Counted from the stretch's first letter, positions 8,776 to 19,417 are shown. The stretch: 64,000 nt of DNA from Parcubacteria group bacterium Gr01-1014_8 (GCA_007376385.1 VMGC01000001.1:64001-128000); one strand, 5' to 3'. Program-made: numbers and translations. Notes: a model not told the origin generated them from the sequence alone.

Positions 8776-9636
8776 TTATGCGCTTAAGGTGCTGTCTATG
8801 TAGCGGAACAATTCTTTCATTGTTTTTGCAACCTTTTCATCTTCGATCAGTACTGCGAGAGGATGTTCTTTCGCAAAAGACGCTATAAGGATCTTATTTT
8901 CGTAGATGGCAAGTTCTATATCGAAATCGAACCCGGGCGGCAAGACCTTAGTCAAGCGGAAATCTTTAGAATCGCGTGCCTTTATCCAATGAGGCTCATT
9001 CTTACTGGCTGTTGCAATGTCGAGAAATTCAACTCCGGCTTTTTTTCGGCGAGCGATATAGTATTCTATCCAATCCATATCGATGGATTTCTCACTCAAC
9101 ACTGTATCCGTCCCGGTAAAACCGTATATAACCTTTGATGAATTGTTACGAATCGTATCTTCATATGCCTGTTTCAGCCCTTCCACGCCGTCAAAGTATT
9201 GGATCGCGGGATAGGCTTTGCCACCTGTTTTTCTGACTTGTTCGATTACCGGAACAATGTCCCGCACCCGCTCGATATCAGACGAAAGTCTTTCTCTTGA
9301 TCGCTCAATATAGTCCACAAGGAGGTGCGGCTGGATGGATCGATAAGTTAGGATTCCTCCATCCTCAACTGAAGAAACAAGCCCACGTTTTGAAAGTGTT
9401 TTTAGTATTCCATACAGGGTAGTACGGTTCACTTTCGTATTCTTCGAGATAGTTGAAATTCTCTCTGCACGTCCACTCTCCAACAAGTACGTAAAGACCT
9501 GCCCTTCAGAAGCAGAAAGTCCCAGGTGTTCTAGAACTTCGTTTAGATTGTGTTGCATAAGCCTTGGAGCATGCATACTGTTGTCGGAATTTAACAACAA
9601 AATTACCACAAAACATTGACTCTTGTCAAGCGCCAC
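8776..9636 (-). CDS. TrmB-family transcriptional regulator (HTH + C-terminal effector domain)
   Basis: 286 aa; N-terminal winged HTH (GLSASEGQVFTYLLESG ... ISKNTKVNRTTLYGILKTLSKRGLV) as in archaeal/bacterial TrmB sugar regulators. Confidence 0.68.
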   Translation of the reverse strand: MALDKSQCFVVILLLNSDNSMHAPRLMQHNLNEVLEHLGLSASEGQVFTYLLESGRAERISTISKNTKVNRTTLYGILKTLSKRGLVSSVEDGGILTYRSIQPHLLVDYIERSRERLSSDIERVRDIVPVIEQVRKTGGKAYPAIQYFDGVEGLKQAYEDTIRNNSSKVIYGFTGTDTVLSEKSIDMDWIEYYIARRKKAGVEFLDIATASKNEPHWIKARDSKDFRLTKVLPPGFDFDIELAIYENKILIASFAKEHPLAVLIEDEKVAKTMKELFRYIDSTLSA

Positions 9637-9691
9637 GTAATATTGCCTCGTTATTTTAATAATTTAGAGTTGTATAGCCCTGTCGAATTAT

Positions 9692-10819
9692 ATGGACAAT
9701 TCAGCTAAGTTCATCGGATGGGCCGCAGGAATCGCGGTCGTTGCGGCAGTAATTGTGTTTATGTATGTGGGTACCTCAACCCCTTCTGAGACTGGACCTA
9801 TAACCATCGGCTTTATTGCGCCACTTACTGGGGATGTCGCATCAATAGGCTCCGTCGCACGTACGGCAACGGAGCTTGCAGTAGAAGAGATCAACAGCGC
9901 CGGGGGCATTGACGGCCGACAGCTCAACGTTGTCTACGAGGATGGGCAGTGTTCGGCAACGCCTGCAAACAATGCGGCGACAAAACTCATTAATGCCGAC
10001 AGAGTAATTGCAATAATCGGTGGTGTATGTTCTTCTGAAACCGCTGCATTCGCGCCGACAGCGATGCAGAATAAAATTGTCGTCATTTCGGAATGTTCTT
10101 CTGCGCCGAATCTAAGCAAGACCGGGAAGTACTTCTTCAGAAATTACCCATCCGATGCTTATCAGGGAAAGTATGCGGCGGAGCATGCATATAACATGCT
10201 TGGTGCCCGAAACGCTGCATTGATTTTCCATCAAACTGACTGGGGAACCGGTATTAAAGATGTATTCAAGCAGCGCTTTACGGAGCTCGGAGGCAATATT
10301 GTTGTTGAAGATGGCTCGCCGCAGGAAGCGCGTGATTATCGGACTGCGCTTTCGAAAGTAAAAGTAGCAAATCCTGACTACATCTACGCGCCAACATACC
10401 CCGAAGGCGGAACCGTGCTTCTGAGACAGATAAAAGAAATGGGTATCAACTCGAAAATTCTCGCCGGAGATGCATGGTCTGATACGAGGTTGCAAAAAGA
10501 CGTTGCAAGTTTTGATCTCGACATTCTGTACGTCGAATCAAAAGGAAATGTCACGGATGAGTTCAAGTCAAAGCTTCTAGCGAAAACTGGCGGCGATCAA
10601 GTTCCACTGTGTGCGCCTCAAGTCTATGACGCAACGTACATTCTTGCGGAAGCACTAAAGAAGGCAGGTACTGACCCAGACAAACTCGCTGACGCAATGC
10701 GTGCAACAAAATACGACGGCGTATCGGGACACATTGAATTTGATGCGAATGGCGACATGACGGTCGCAGAATATATCGTTAAACGAATTGAAAACGGCAC
10801 TGCGGCACAAGTTCAATAG
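9692..10819 (+). CDS. ABC transporter substrate-binding protein, branched-chain amino acid (LivJ/K, type I PBP) family
   Basis: 375 aa with N-terminal TM/signal anchor and Peripla_BP_6-like pattern (IGFIAPLTGDVASIG ... GGIDGRQLNVVYEDGQC). Confidence 0.8.
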   Translation: MDNSAKFIGWAAGIAVVAAVIVFMYVGTSTPSETGPITIGFIAPLTGDVASIGSVARTATELAVEEINSAGGIDGRQLNVVYEDGQCSATPANNAATKLINADRVIAIIGGVCSSETAAFAPTAMQNKIVVISECSSAPNLSKTGKYFFRNYPSDAYQGKYAAEHAYNMLGARNAALIFHQTDWGTGIKDVFKQRFTELGGNIVVEDGSPQEARDYRTALSKVKVANPDYIYAPTYPEGGTVLLRQIKEMGINSKILAGDAWSDTRLQKDVASFDLDILYVESKGNVTDEFKSKLLAKTGGDQVPLCAPQVYDATYILAEALKKAGTDPDKLADAMRATKYDGVSGHIEFDANGDMTVAEYIVKRIENGTAAQVQ

Positions 10820-10853
10820 CTGAAGCGGTACATTCGAAGGTATACTGCCGCTT

Positions 10854-11720
10854 ATGGAAATCGCGGTGCAAATCGCACTGAACGCAGTCATCGCTGGCGC
10901 TCTGTACTCGCTCGCGGCACTAGGTTTCAATCTTGTCTACAACACCGCACGATTCTTCGACCTCGGATACGGAGCAGTCGCGGCAACGGGGGCGTACGCT
11001 GTCTTCTATTTCTACAAAACTCTTCAATTCGATCTTCTTTCTTCGATAGCTCTCGGCATTCTCATAGCCGGCGCGCTTGGTTTTTTAATAGAAAAGGTCG
11101 TATATAGACAGCTTCGGGCACGTAAGGCATCTCAAACGGTTCTCCTCATCGCCTCCCTTGGTGTTTTGACTGTCGTGCAGGCAATAATTGCAATAATTTT
11201 CTCCAGCCAGTTCCAAACGTTGTCACGGAATATCGGAGCAAGTCGCATTTATAACGTATATGGGGGTGTCATGACAGAAACGCAAGTCATTATCTTGTGC
11301 TCGGGTCTCAGTATCATGACGGCACTAGGCATAATTCTGCGCTATACACTATTTGGCAAGGCAATAAAGGCGGTTGCAGACGACGAGGAGGTCGCGCAAA
11401 TAGTTGGCATCAACAGCGAGCGCCTTATCGGCATAGTTTTTTTCATCGGCTCCGCGATAGGCGGCATTGCGGGAATTGCAGTTGGCTTTGACACTGGGAT
11501 TCAGCCGACTATGGGAATGACATTACTACTTTCCGGTGTAGTCGCGGCGATAATTGGGGGAATGGGGAATGTATATGGTGGAGTTATCGGCGCGTTCTTA
11601 CTCGCAGCAATCGAAAATGCCGGCGTTTGGTACCTCTCCGGAGAATGGAAGGCCGCTATCGCATTTGCGATTCTTATTCTATTCCTCCTTTTCCGTCCGC
11701 AAGGACTCTTTCAAAAATAA
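10854..11720 (+). CDS. livH: Branched-chain amino acid ABC transporter permease (LivH-like)
   Basis: 288 aa polytopic membrane protein; BPD_transp_2 pattern; conserved order SBP-permease-permease. Confidence 0.85.
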   Translation: MEIAVQIALNAVIAGALYSLAALGFNLVYNTARFFDLGYGAVAATGAYAVFYFYKTLQFDLLSSIALGILIAGALGFLIEKVVYRQLRARKASQTVLLIASLGVLTVVQAIIAIIFSSQFQTLSRNIGASRIYNVYGGVMTETQVIILCSGLSIMTALGIILRYTLFGKAIKAVADDEEVAQIVGINSERLIGIVFFIGSAIGGIAGIAVGFDTGIQPTMGMTLLLSGVVAAIIGGMGNVYGGVIGAFLLAAIENAGVWYLSGEWKAAIAFAILILFLLFRPQGLFQK

Positions 11721-11723
11721 TAT

Positions 11724-12590
11724 ATGGAATATCTTGTACATATAGCAGTGCTGATTTGTATATACGGCATTCTCGGACTCTCGTTAAATCTTGCTGTGGG
11801 GCAGGCGGGATTGCTTTCGGTTACTCACGCAGCATTTTACGGAATCGGAGCATACGTAGTTGCACTACTGCTGATAGCAGTTGGGCTCAATTTCTTTATC
11901 GCGGTACCGATTGCAATGATCCTCGCAGGGGTTGTTGCGCTCGCAGTCGGCGTCGTGTTCTCGAGACTCCGTGAGGTGTATTACGTATTCGGAACACTAG
12001 GGTTCAATATCATCGCATATAGCGTCTTTCTCAATTGGGATAGCGTGACACGTGGACCTCTCGGGATTCCGGGGATCCCGCGACCCGAGATTTTTGGTTT
12101 TCGATTCGGTGAGAATGAATTTTTTCTGATTCTTGCGACAATTTTTCTCGCAATTACATATGCGGTATGCCAATTTGTCACATCCTCGTCATTCGGCCGT
12201 GTGCTTCGCGCGATTCGTGAAGACGAAGAAGTAACATCCGTATTCGGATATGCAACGCACTATCATAAACTCGCTGTTTTTGTCATTTCAGGCATGCTTG
12301 CTGCATTCGCCGGAACACTTTTTGCGACGTACATAACATTCATTGACCCCTCGAGTTTTAATTTGAACGAATCGATATTTATTCTTGCCATCATAATCCT
12401 AGGTGGACTCGCATCACATCGCGGCGCGATTCTGGGAGCGTTTCTTCTCATTATCCTTCCCGAGGCACTTCGATTCGTGGGATTTCCCTCGGACGTCGCG
12501 GCACAGATGAGACAGGTAACCTACGGTTTAATTTTAATTTTACTTATGCTCTATCGTCCACAGGGAATTTGGGGCGAGTTCAGGATGTAG
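11724..12590 (+). CDS. livM: Branched-chain amino acid ABC transporter permease (LivM-like)
   Basis: 288 aa polytopic; follows livH with a 3-nt gap. Confidence 0.85.
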   Translation: MEYLVHIAVLICIYGILGLSLNLAVGQAGLLSVTHAAFYGIGAYVVALLLIAVGLNFFIAVPIAMILAGVVALAVGVVFSRLREVYYVFGTLGFNIIAYSVFLNWDSVTRGPLGIPGIPRPEIFGFRFGENEFFLILATIFLAITYAVCQFVTSSSFGRVLRAIREDEEVTSVFGYATHYHKLAVFVISGMLAAFAGTLFATYITFIDPSSFNLNESIFILAIIILGGLASHRGAILGAFLLIILPEALRFVGFPSDVAAQMRQVTYGLILILLMLYRPQGIWGEFRM

Positions 12591-13332
12591 TCGTCTCGAT
12601 TGCCGGCTTCGATATTTGCCACATCGCTTCGAACATGGCGCGGAAAGCGTTTGCTATATCTTCACTTTCAATCTTTACAGTGAAATATTCTTTTTTTGCT
12701 GAGGTAATCAGTGTCGTATTGCCAAATATGCCTATATCGGTAGCAAAAGGAGAGAATTCTTTTGGCATGAGTCGAACTTGCCGATACGGTCCACTAGCGC
12801 GTCGCGCATAAGCACGCGAAACCTCGCTGTCGTCAGCAATTTCGCGCGTGCGAAATGCGGGCGAAAGAGAAACATACTCGAACTTCTGAAGAGTGCGCGC
12901 AAACACTTCTTGTACCAAATCCATATTGCTCATGTAGAGTATTTCTCCCTTCACAACAAAGCTATCGTCATACGCTCGATCAAGCGCTTCTTTTCCTTCG
13001 AAAACTACCACACGCGGGCGACTATCTTTGTTCAACATCATCGCCTCAAATTGCGGAATCATGTTTTGTATCTCCTTAAGACGAATCTCCGCCTCAGCGA
13101 GAATTTTTCGTGGATGCTGGGGAGCGTAAAGCGTCTGACGTTTTTTCTCTACTCTTGAGACAAGCCCCTTCGATTCGAGCGAATGCAAAATCAAATAAGC
13201 AGTCGGTCGTTTAATTACAGCTTTTTTTGCAATCTTCAAAACAGAAGCCTCTCCGATCTCCAAAAGCGCTAAATAGACGGAAGACTCTTTTTCGTTGAGT
13301 CCGATGTGGCGAAGGGTCTCCCTTGATTCCAT
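12580..13332 (-). CDS. TrmB-family transcriptional regulator (second copy)
   Basis: 250 aa; N-terminal wHTH (LNEKESSVYLALLEIGEASVLKIAKKAVIKRPTAYLILHSLESKGLV); same family and architecture as 8776..9636. Confidence 0.68.
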   Translation of the reverse strand: MESRETLRHIGLNEKESSVYLALLEIGEASVLKIAKKAVIKRPTAYLILHSLESKGLVSRVEKKRQTLYAPQHPRKILAEAEIRLKEIQNMIPQFEAMMLNKDSRPRVVVFEGKEALDRAYDDSFVVKGEILYMSNMDLVQEVFARTLQKFEYVSLSPAFRTREIADDSEVSRAYARRASGPYRQVRLMPKEFSPFATDIGIFGNTTLITSAKKEYFTVKIESEDIANAFRAMFEAMWQISKPAIETTTS

Positions 13333-13515
13333 GCACGTAGATTAGCCAAGTTATGTCCTATTGTCAATATTTCTGACAACACGACATAAAAGATGGTCCA
13401 AAAAGCTTATTAAAAAGGGCTTTTTTGGTCTAAAATCATTGACCCACAATATATAAAAAAGTCAAACTACTGGCCGTGCAGGGGGATTAGCCATAACCAC
13501 CCCCTTCCGAGCTAC

Positions 13516-14682
13516 ATGAAAAACGTACTTGTTTGGGGAATCGGTGGATTGGTAGTGATCAGTGGATTGGTGTTTTATGGAACGGGAATCAGTGGCGGCA
13601 ATCCTTTCACTGCTGCAGTAGGGGGACTTTTTACCAATAGCGATACGATCAGGGTCGGTGCAGCGCTTGGTCTCACCGGGGTGTGTGCCCAATGGGGAGA
13701 AGGGGAGCTGCAAGCCGTTCAGTTGGCGGTGGATGAAACAAATACTAACGGAGGCATCGAGGGGAGACAAATCGAGTTGTTCGTCGAGGATACCCAGTGC
13801 GACCCGAAGGGTGCCGTGAGCGCCATGAAGAAATTGACCGAGGTAAACAGTGTTGAGGCTATCATCGGCCTCACGTGGGGAGACAGCTTCCAAGCTGGAC
13901 ACTTCGTGAACCAAGAAAAGCAAATACTTGCTGTTGCGCCGTCTGCTGCGATGGAAGCGCTGCTTCTTAACAAAATACCGATCACGCACACATTCTCGAC
14001 ATGGTTCCCAGTGCAAACACAAATTGATACACTGCAGGCGTATATGCGAAAGACAGGAAGGACAAACATTGTCGTAGTACATGACCAAGACCCGTATGGG
14101 AAGATGCTTGCGACAGTCTTTGTGAGCAATGCGCAGAAAAATGAGCTCGTGATCATGAGCGAGGAAGAATTTCCTATTGGTTTCGACGATTTCAGGACCA
14201 CCATCATTAAACTCAAGAACACGAAGCCCGATGCGGTCTTCGGCGCGTTCCAATCACCTGATCTTAAAGCCAAATTCTTAAAGCAGTCGCATGAACTCGG
14301 TCTCAAAGTCCAATTGTTCAGTTCTGAAGACATTCAAGATGAAGGCATACTCAAGGAATTCGGCTCGGTAATGGAAGGGGTCATTTATACGTATCCGACT
14401 GCCTCAGGAAACTTCGAAGAGCTGTTTGAAAAACTCAAACAGAAACACGGAGCCGTGCCCGCGGGGGCGAGTGTTGCAAATGCATATGATGCAACGCACG
14501 TGGTAATCCATGCATTAACCGAACACTACAGAAATGGCACCTCTCTTAACGGCGCCGTCGAAGGAATGGCAATCCCCGGCACAGCAGTAAAAGAAATCAG
14601 GTTCAATGAAACGCATCAAATTACCGGAACCGTCTTCCAAGTTAAAACAGTTCGCAACGGCGAATTCGTGGTGATAGAGTAG
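13516..14682 (+). CDS. ABC transporter substrate-binding protein, Liv family (second copy)
   Basis: 388 aa; N-terminal TM anchor; LGLTGVCAQWGEGELQAVQLAVDETNTNGGIEGRQIELFVEDTQCDP matches the LivJ/K family. Confidence 0.75.
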   Translation: MKNVLVWGIGGLVVISGLVFYGTGISGGNPFTAAVGGLFTNSDTIRVGAALGLTGVCAQWGEGELQAVQLAVDETNTNGGIEGRQIELFVEDTQCDPKGAVSAMKKLTEVNSVEAIIGLTWGDSFQAGHFVNQEKQILAVAPSAAMEALLLNKIPITHTFSTWFPVQTQIDTLQAYMRKTGRTNIVVVHDQDPYGKMLATVFVSNAQKNELVIMSEEEFPIGFDDFRTTIIKLKNTKPDAVFGAFQSPDLKAKFLKQSHELGLKVQLFSSEDIQDEGILKEFGSVMEGVIYTYPTASGNFEELFEKLKQKHGAVPAGASVANAYDATHVVIHALTEHYRNGTSLNGAVEGMAIPGTAVKEIRFNETHQITGTVFQVKTVRNGEFVVIE

Positions 14683-14686
14683 CTAG

Positions 14687-15421
14687 ATGGGGTTGTTGGA
14701 AACACGCAAACTCACAAAATCATTCGGTGGAGCTCAAGCGGTGGATCATGTTGACCTCTCGTTCGAAGCGGGAAAGATAACTGCGCTTATTGGCCCCAAC
14801 GGGTCGGGAAAAACTACGCTTATCCATACGATAACCGGCATGATGCCGATGGGTGGTGGCACGGTCGTTATCAGTGATTCAATCGAACTTTCAAAAATAG
14901 CTGCTCAGGACGTAGCATCCTACGGAATCACGCGAACATTCCAGAATTCACGGCTCATCCAGCAAATGAGCGTGCTCGATAATGTGCTGTTTGTTCTTAC
15001 TGAACGAAATTTTTTCGGTTCTTTATTTGAAAGACACGGAACATTTCATCTGGACGCCGCCGAGGATATATTGAAAAAGATCGGACTGTGGGAAAAACGT
15101 GACGAAAAAGCGGAAAATTTGTCGTACGGCCAGCGCAAGCTACTTGAAGTTGCGCGAGCCGTATTGATGAAGGCAAATGTATATTTTTTTGACGAGCCGT
15201 TCGCAGGATTATTCCCTGAAATGCGTAAAACTATTTCAGATATCATGCGCAAATTGAAAAATGCCGGCGCTGCAGTTGTACTTGTCGAACATGACATGGA
15301 ACTCGTGCGCGAACTCGCCGACCACTGTTACGTCCTCGATAGCGGCAAAGTTATTGCCGAGGGAACACCGGAACAGGTTCTCAAGCAAGCTAATGTCGTT
15401 GAGGCGTATTTGGGTAAATGA
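14687..15421 (+). CDS. livG: Branched-chain amino acid ABC transporter ATP-binding protein (LivG-like)
   Basis: 244 aa; Walker A GPNGSGKTT, ABC signature LSYGQRKLLEVARA, Walker B VYFFDEP. Confidence 0.9.
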   Translation: MGLLETRKLTKSFGGAQAVDHVDLSFEAGKITALIGPNGSGKTTLIHTITGMMPMGGGTVVISDSIELSKIAAQDVASYGITRTFQNSRLIQQMSVLDNVLFVLTERNFFGSLFERHGTFHLDAAEDILKKIGLWEKRDEKAENLSYGQRKLLEVARAVLMKANVYFFDEPFAGLFPEMRKTISDIMRKLKNAGAAVVLVEHDMELVRELADHCYVLDSGKVIAEGTPEQVLKQANVVEAYLGK

Positions 15422-15422
15422 T

Positions 15423-16142
15423 ATGAAAGACACATTGCTTCAGCTCAAAGATGCATATGTGCAGTACGGCGGAGTAACTGCTCTCGCTGATGCGACTGTG
15501 CGCATAGATGATGGGGAAATTGCGGCACTGATGGGACCGAACGGGGCAGGAAAATCGACTGTTTTAAAGGCTTTATTCGGAATCGCACCGATGACACATG
15601 GAAAAGTTTTGTGGCACGAGCAAGAACTCAAACCTGTGCCGTATGAGATGGCAGCACGCGGAATTGCATATGTTCCACAGGGAAGACAAGTATTTAAAAA
15701 CCTCACTGTCTATGAAAATCTAGAGCTCGGCGGATATGCCCTGCCGAATAGAAAAGACACAAAGAAAAATATCGAGGCGGTATTGCATATTTTTCCTGCC
15801 ATTGAAGAAAAACTCAATACAAAAGCAGGATTACTCTCCGGAGGCCAGCAGCAAATGCTCACTATCGCGCGTGGGCTTGTATCTGACCCGAAAGTACTTC
15901 TGCTCGATGAGCCATCACTTGGACTTGCACCAAAAATTGTGAAGGACGTGTTCGAGAAAATCAAAGAAATAAACGCTATTCGGAAAATTGCGATTGTCGT
16001 CGTGGAGCACAGCGTGAAATCCGTCCTTTCCATCGCGCATCGTGCGTATATTCTTTCAAGAGGAAAGATATTCGCAGAAAAAAGCGCGCAAGAACTGATG
16101 ACAAGTGATACGCTTTCAAAAGCATTCCTAGGAACAAGCTAA
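15423..16142 (+). CDS. livF: Branched-chain amino acid ABC transporter ATP-binding protein (LivF-like)
   Basis: Start moved to ATG 15423 (MKDTLLQL...), 1 nt after the livG stop. Walker [10 protein letters not shown], signature [15 protein letters not shown], Walker B LLLDEPS. Confidence 0.9.
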   Translation: MKDTLLQLKDAYVQYGGVTALADATVRIDDGEIAALMGPNGAGKSTVLKALFGIAPMTHGKVLWHEQELKPVPYEMAARGIAYVPQGRQVFKNLTVYENLELGGYALPNRKDTKKNIEAVLHIFPAIEEKLNTKAGLLSGGQQQMLTIARGLVSDPKVLLLDEPSLGLAPKIVKDVFEKIKEINAIRKIAIVVVEHSVKSVLSIAHRAYILSRGKIFAEKSAQELMTSDTLSKAFLGTS

Positions 16143-18358
16143 CGACGTCGTTTACCGTGGAAGGCCTTATGAACTTCTCTAAGGTGCTTATCAGTGACGT
16201 GCGTGTACACTTGCGTAGTTGCAATATTTGCGTGGCCCAAAAGTGCCTGAACGGAACGCAAGTCGGCACCATTCTCCAGCAAGTCTGTTGCGAAAGAGTT
16301 GTGAGAAATGAAACCATCGGTAATAAAGTTGTGCGTTGGTTCTACTGTAAAGTCGTAGACAATTGATGGTTCGCTTAGATTCTCAATACGTTTAACGCGT
16401 AACCAGCGAATCGAATCCAGAGAATGTACAAGTCGCAAATGTTCTACGCACAAGTGCTTTACGTTGTTTTCATCGCACGCTTTAATTAAGGACTGTAATA
16501 ACGTTGGCGTTGTGCATATGCGCGTATATCTTTTAAGATATCGAATACCATACTCCTCTCCCAATAGGTGCATAAAACCCTTCTTTTCCAACAAAACTGG
16601 GTACAGAGTCCGCACTATATTTTGTGTTGGCAATGCAATATCGAGGCGCATCCACTTTTTCTTGGACTGTAAATTTTGCTTAAATGTTGGAATTAGTTCC
16701 ACAAATCGATTCTGACTTGGGGGATATGTAACATACAACGTATATATCGTATGTTGAATCGTACGTCCCTGTGGTAATTTAACCATTCTTGTTCTTGGTA
16801 AAAGGATACTCTCAATCGAGAGTCTTAGTAACAACATTTGCACATCCTTTAAGAGTTCTTTACTTGCTGAAAACATTTTTATCGCGCCATTATTTCCTTC
16901 AGCATCGTAATATCCAGCCAAAAATGAACGAATATTTTCTTCTGATTCTTGAAAGAGTTGCGGAGGGACACGTCTGTATTTTGAACGCTGCGTTATACCA
17001 AATGATCGTACTTTTTTAAGAAAATCGACATTGTAAATATTGAGCGCAAAACCATGACCATTTGACAAAGCAACTATTGTTCCGTACCGACCAGTCACAT
17101 GATGCACAATCTCGTTGTACAAATCGATATGTCGCCTGTCTTTGTCGTTCAAGATTATTCCGCGCCTTGCCTCGCTCAAGGTCCCATCGCCGAGAATATA
17201 GCCGAGTAGGCGCCAGAAGTCGGTTGATTCGGTTTCTGCGTGCTTTTCAAGATGCATCTCAATACCGCGCACCCCGGCAACATAATCACCGATCTTCAGT
17301 TCCTGCACCTGAATAGCAGTAATTCCGTTTTCTGTAACTGTGAAAAAACTATGGTACGGAGTACATAGTATTTCCCGTCCATCCGCCCATAGTGAGATCA
17401 TATGGTCGGTTTTATGTGTTTCTTTGTGCGTAATCGCTGCACGGATAAAGCGATTATTGAACCAGTCGAAGCCAAGTACTTTTTTTGTGTCATTGGCGGT
17501 AAATAATTTTTCTGCTGTAGTCAGAGAAGGATTGCCCATGACTCTCGTTTCAGGATGAAGACAATGGCGAATGACGTGAGGAGTCACTTTGCGTGTGATG
17601 CCAGCCCTGATCGCGTACTGTTTCACTATCCGTTCAACAGAGCGGGGGGTGAGCGTCTGAAGTTTTTTGCCAGCTCGCCCATAGCTGACAAACAATGCGC
17701 CCTCCACATCACCGCGCTTCTCCAAATACTCTTTCACGGCTTTCTTTGCAGTAGGAGAGAGAAATACAACGCGGACTTTATCGCCCTTGCCGCGTATTGA
17801 AAATTCATCTCGGGAGAGATCGAGATCTCTATCGAGCGAACAGAGTTCGGAAACACGAAGACCAGTTGAAAAAAATAATTCAAGAATCGCACGGTCACGA
17901 AGTGCCGTCAGCGAATTACCGCTCGGACCTTTCATGAGCCGCTCAAGTTCCGCAGCCGTGATCAAGTCAAGATCCCGCCCACCGACTTTCGCAAGTTCAA
18001 TACGCTCGGGGGAGAGCGATTCAATGTTCTGTTTCCGCATGTATTTCAAAAACGAGCGCAGAGCGATGAGATAGTAATTCTGCGTCTTTTTTTTCATGTC
18101 ACCAGACACTCCCGGTTGACGATTCAACCACAATCGAAATTCGCGAACCAAAGGCTCAGTGAGTTTCGCGGGAGATGCCACCTTCGTATGAGTGAGGAAA
18201 CGAGTCAGATAGCGGTCGTAATTCTCGACCGTTTTTACGCTCCTTCCTTTTTCTATCTCCAAGTATTCGAGAAATTGCGTCTTCATCTCCTGCAAATCGG
18301 ATGCCATGTGTCGATTATACATCCCATGTCGCACAATATTTTTTTCAACCGCCGGCAT
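16139..18358 (-). CDS. xerC: Tyrosine recombinase XerC/XerD-like, interrupted by an in-frame intein (precursor 739 aa)
   Basis: The N-terminus has Xer core-binding and catalytic regions up to ...KVTPHVIRH. The C-terminus, [34 protein letters not shown]..., completes the R-H-S-F-A-T box and carries the catalytic Tyr. A 422-aa insertion lies between them. Confidence 0.85.
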   Translation of the reverse strand: MPAVEKNIVRHGMYNRHMASDLQEMKTQFLEYLEIEKGRSVKTVENYDRYLTRFLTHTKVASPAKLTEPLVREFRLWLNRQPGVSGDMKKKTQNYYLIALRSFLKYMRKQNIESLSPERIELAKVGGRDLDLITAAELERLMKGPSGNSLTALRDRAILELFFSTGLRVSELCSLDRDLDLSRDEFSIRGKGDKVRVVFLSPTAKKAVKEYLEKRGDVEGALFVSYGRAGKKLQTLTPRSVERIVKQYAIRAGITRKVTPHVIRHCLHPETRVMGNPSLTTAEKLFTANDTKKVLGFDWFNNRFIRAAITHKETHKTDHMISLWADGREILCTPYHSFFTVTENGITAIQVQELKIGDYVAGVRGIEMHLEKHAETESTDFWRLLGYILGDGTLSEARRGIILNDKDRRHIDLYNEIVHHVTGRYGTIVALSNGHGFALNIYNVDFLKKVRSFGITQRSKYRRVPPQLFQESEENIRSFLAGYYDAEGNNGAIKMFSASKELLKDVQMLLLRLSIESILLPRTRMVKLPQGRTIQHTIYTLYVTYPPSQNRFVELIPTFKQNLQSKKKWMRLDIALPTQNIVRTLYPVLLEKKGFMHLLGEEYGIRYLKRYTRICTTPTLLQSLIKACDENNVKHLCVEHLRLVHSLDSIRWLRVKRIENLSEPSIVYDFTVEPTHNFITDGFISHNSFATDLLENGADLRSVQALLGHANIATTQVYTHVTDKHLREVHKAFHGKRRR
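16298..17563 (-). mobile_element. Intein (about 422 aa) with LAGLIDADG homing-endonuclease motifs inside xerC/xerD
   Basis: The insert begins Cys (CLHPETRV, block-A-like) and ends HN, followed by Ser(+1). Two LAGLIDADG-like motifs: [11 protein letters not shown] and [11 protein letters not shown]. The flanks join to give a colinear recombinase. Codon boundaries checked on the nucleotide sequence (C266 = 17561-17563, N687 = 16298-16300). Confidence 0.8.
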
Positions 18359-18484
18359 ATGCTACACTTTCAATATGAAGAGCCACGTAACAATGATGAC
18401 CATGATGGGTATGTAGAGCCCGTGGCTGTCACCGATTAATAAAGCAGCCACGGGCACCGTGGCTTTTTTGATCCAACAACAGCT

Positions 18485-19411
18485 ATGCCCCTCATCATCA
18501 ACAAAAAATTACCCGCCTACAAAGCGCTAAAAAAAGAATCCGTCTTCGAAATATCGCCCGAGCGCGCTTCGAAGCAGGATATACGCCCGCTTGAGATAGG
18601 AATCCTGAACCTCATGCCAAGCGCTGTTGTTGAGCGGACAGAACTGCAACTCTTGCGATTTCTTTCGAACACGCCATTGCAAATTCACCCAACCTTCATC
18701 TATTTCGACGAACACAAATCGAAATCGAAGCAGGGACACTTCGACACGTTCTATAAACCATTCAAAGAAGTACGCTCCCAGGGACTCGATGGTCTTATCG
18801 TAACTGGCGCAAACCTAGAAGAATACGACTTTGAAGACGTGCACTATTGGAAAGAACTTGGACCATTCCTTGATTGGGCGGGAAAAAGCGTGACATCAAC
18901 CATCTTCAGCTGCTGGGCAGTGCATGCATCGCTGTACCGCAGCTATGGACTGCGTGCGCGAACGTACAAAAAAAAGCAGTTCGGCATCTTTCAGCACACT
19001 GTGCATCACGGATCGAATTCGCCGTTTATCCTTGGGATGGATGACGTCACATTCATTCCACATTCGAGATGGCGAGGCGTCGAACGAAAAGATATCGCTC
19101 CGCACAAGGAATTAGAGATATTGATCTCAAGCGAGGAAGTTGGACCGCACCTAATAGTCGGACGAAAAGGCCGCGAGCTCTATATCCAGGGGCATCCGGA
19201 GTATGACAGGGGCGATATAGCGGAAGAATACTTTCGCGACAAAGAAAAAGGCGTACGTATAAACAAACCAAAAAATTATTTTCCTGGAGATGACGAAAAA
19301 CGCACGCCTCTCAAAACGTGGGCGGCGAATGGCCAGGTATTTTACGCAAACTGGATAAACTGGGTCTACCAAACCACCAACTTCGACGTCAAAAAGCCGC
19401 TGATGGATTGA
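18485..19411 (+). CDS. metA: Homoserine O-acyltransferase (MetA family, HTS)
   Basis: 308 aa; IGILNLMP ... motif set of MetA (homoserine O-succinyl/acetyltransferase). Confidence 0.85.
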   Translation: MPLIINKKLPAYKALKKESVFEISPERASKQDIRPLEIGILNLMPSAVVERTELQLLRFLSNTPLQIHPTFIYFDEHKSKSKQGHFDTFYKPFKEVRSQGLDGLIVTGANLEEYDFEDVHYWKELGPFLDWAGKSVTSTIFSCWAVHASLYRSYGLRARTYKKKQFGIFQHTVHHGSNSPFILGMDDVTFIPHSRWRGVERKDIAPHKELEILISSEEVGPHLIVGRKGRELYIQGHPEYDRGDIAEEYFRDKEKGVRINKPKNYFPGDDEKRTPLKTWAANGQVFYANWINWVYQTTNFDVKKPLMD

Positions 19412-19417
19412 GATAAC

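Noticed and set aside
13462-14333. Minus-strand ORFs (263 and 204 aa) inside the second Liv SBP gene
   Set aside because: Antisense to a gene with clear family signatures; typical shadow ORFs.
16157-18439. Multiple 60-107 aa plus-strand ORFs across the xerC-intein region
   Set aside because: All are antisense to the long intein-containing recombinase ORF, whose extein and intein motifs are coherent.
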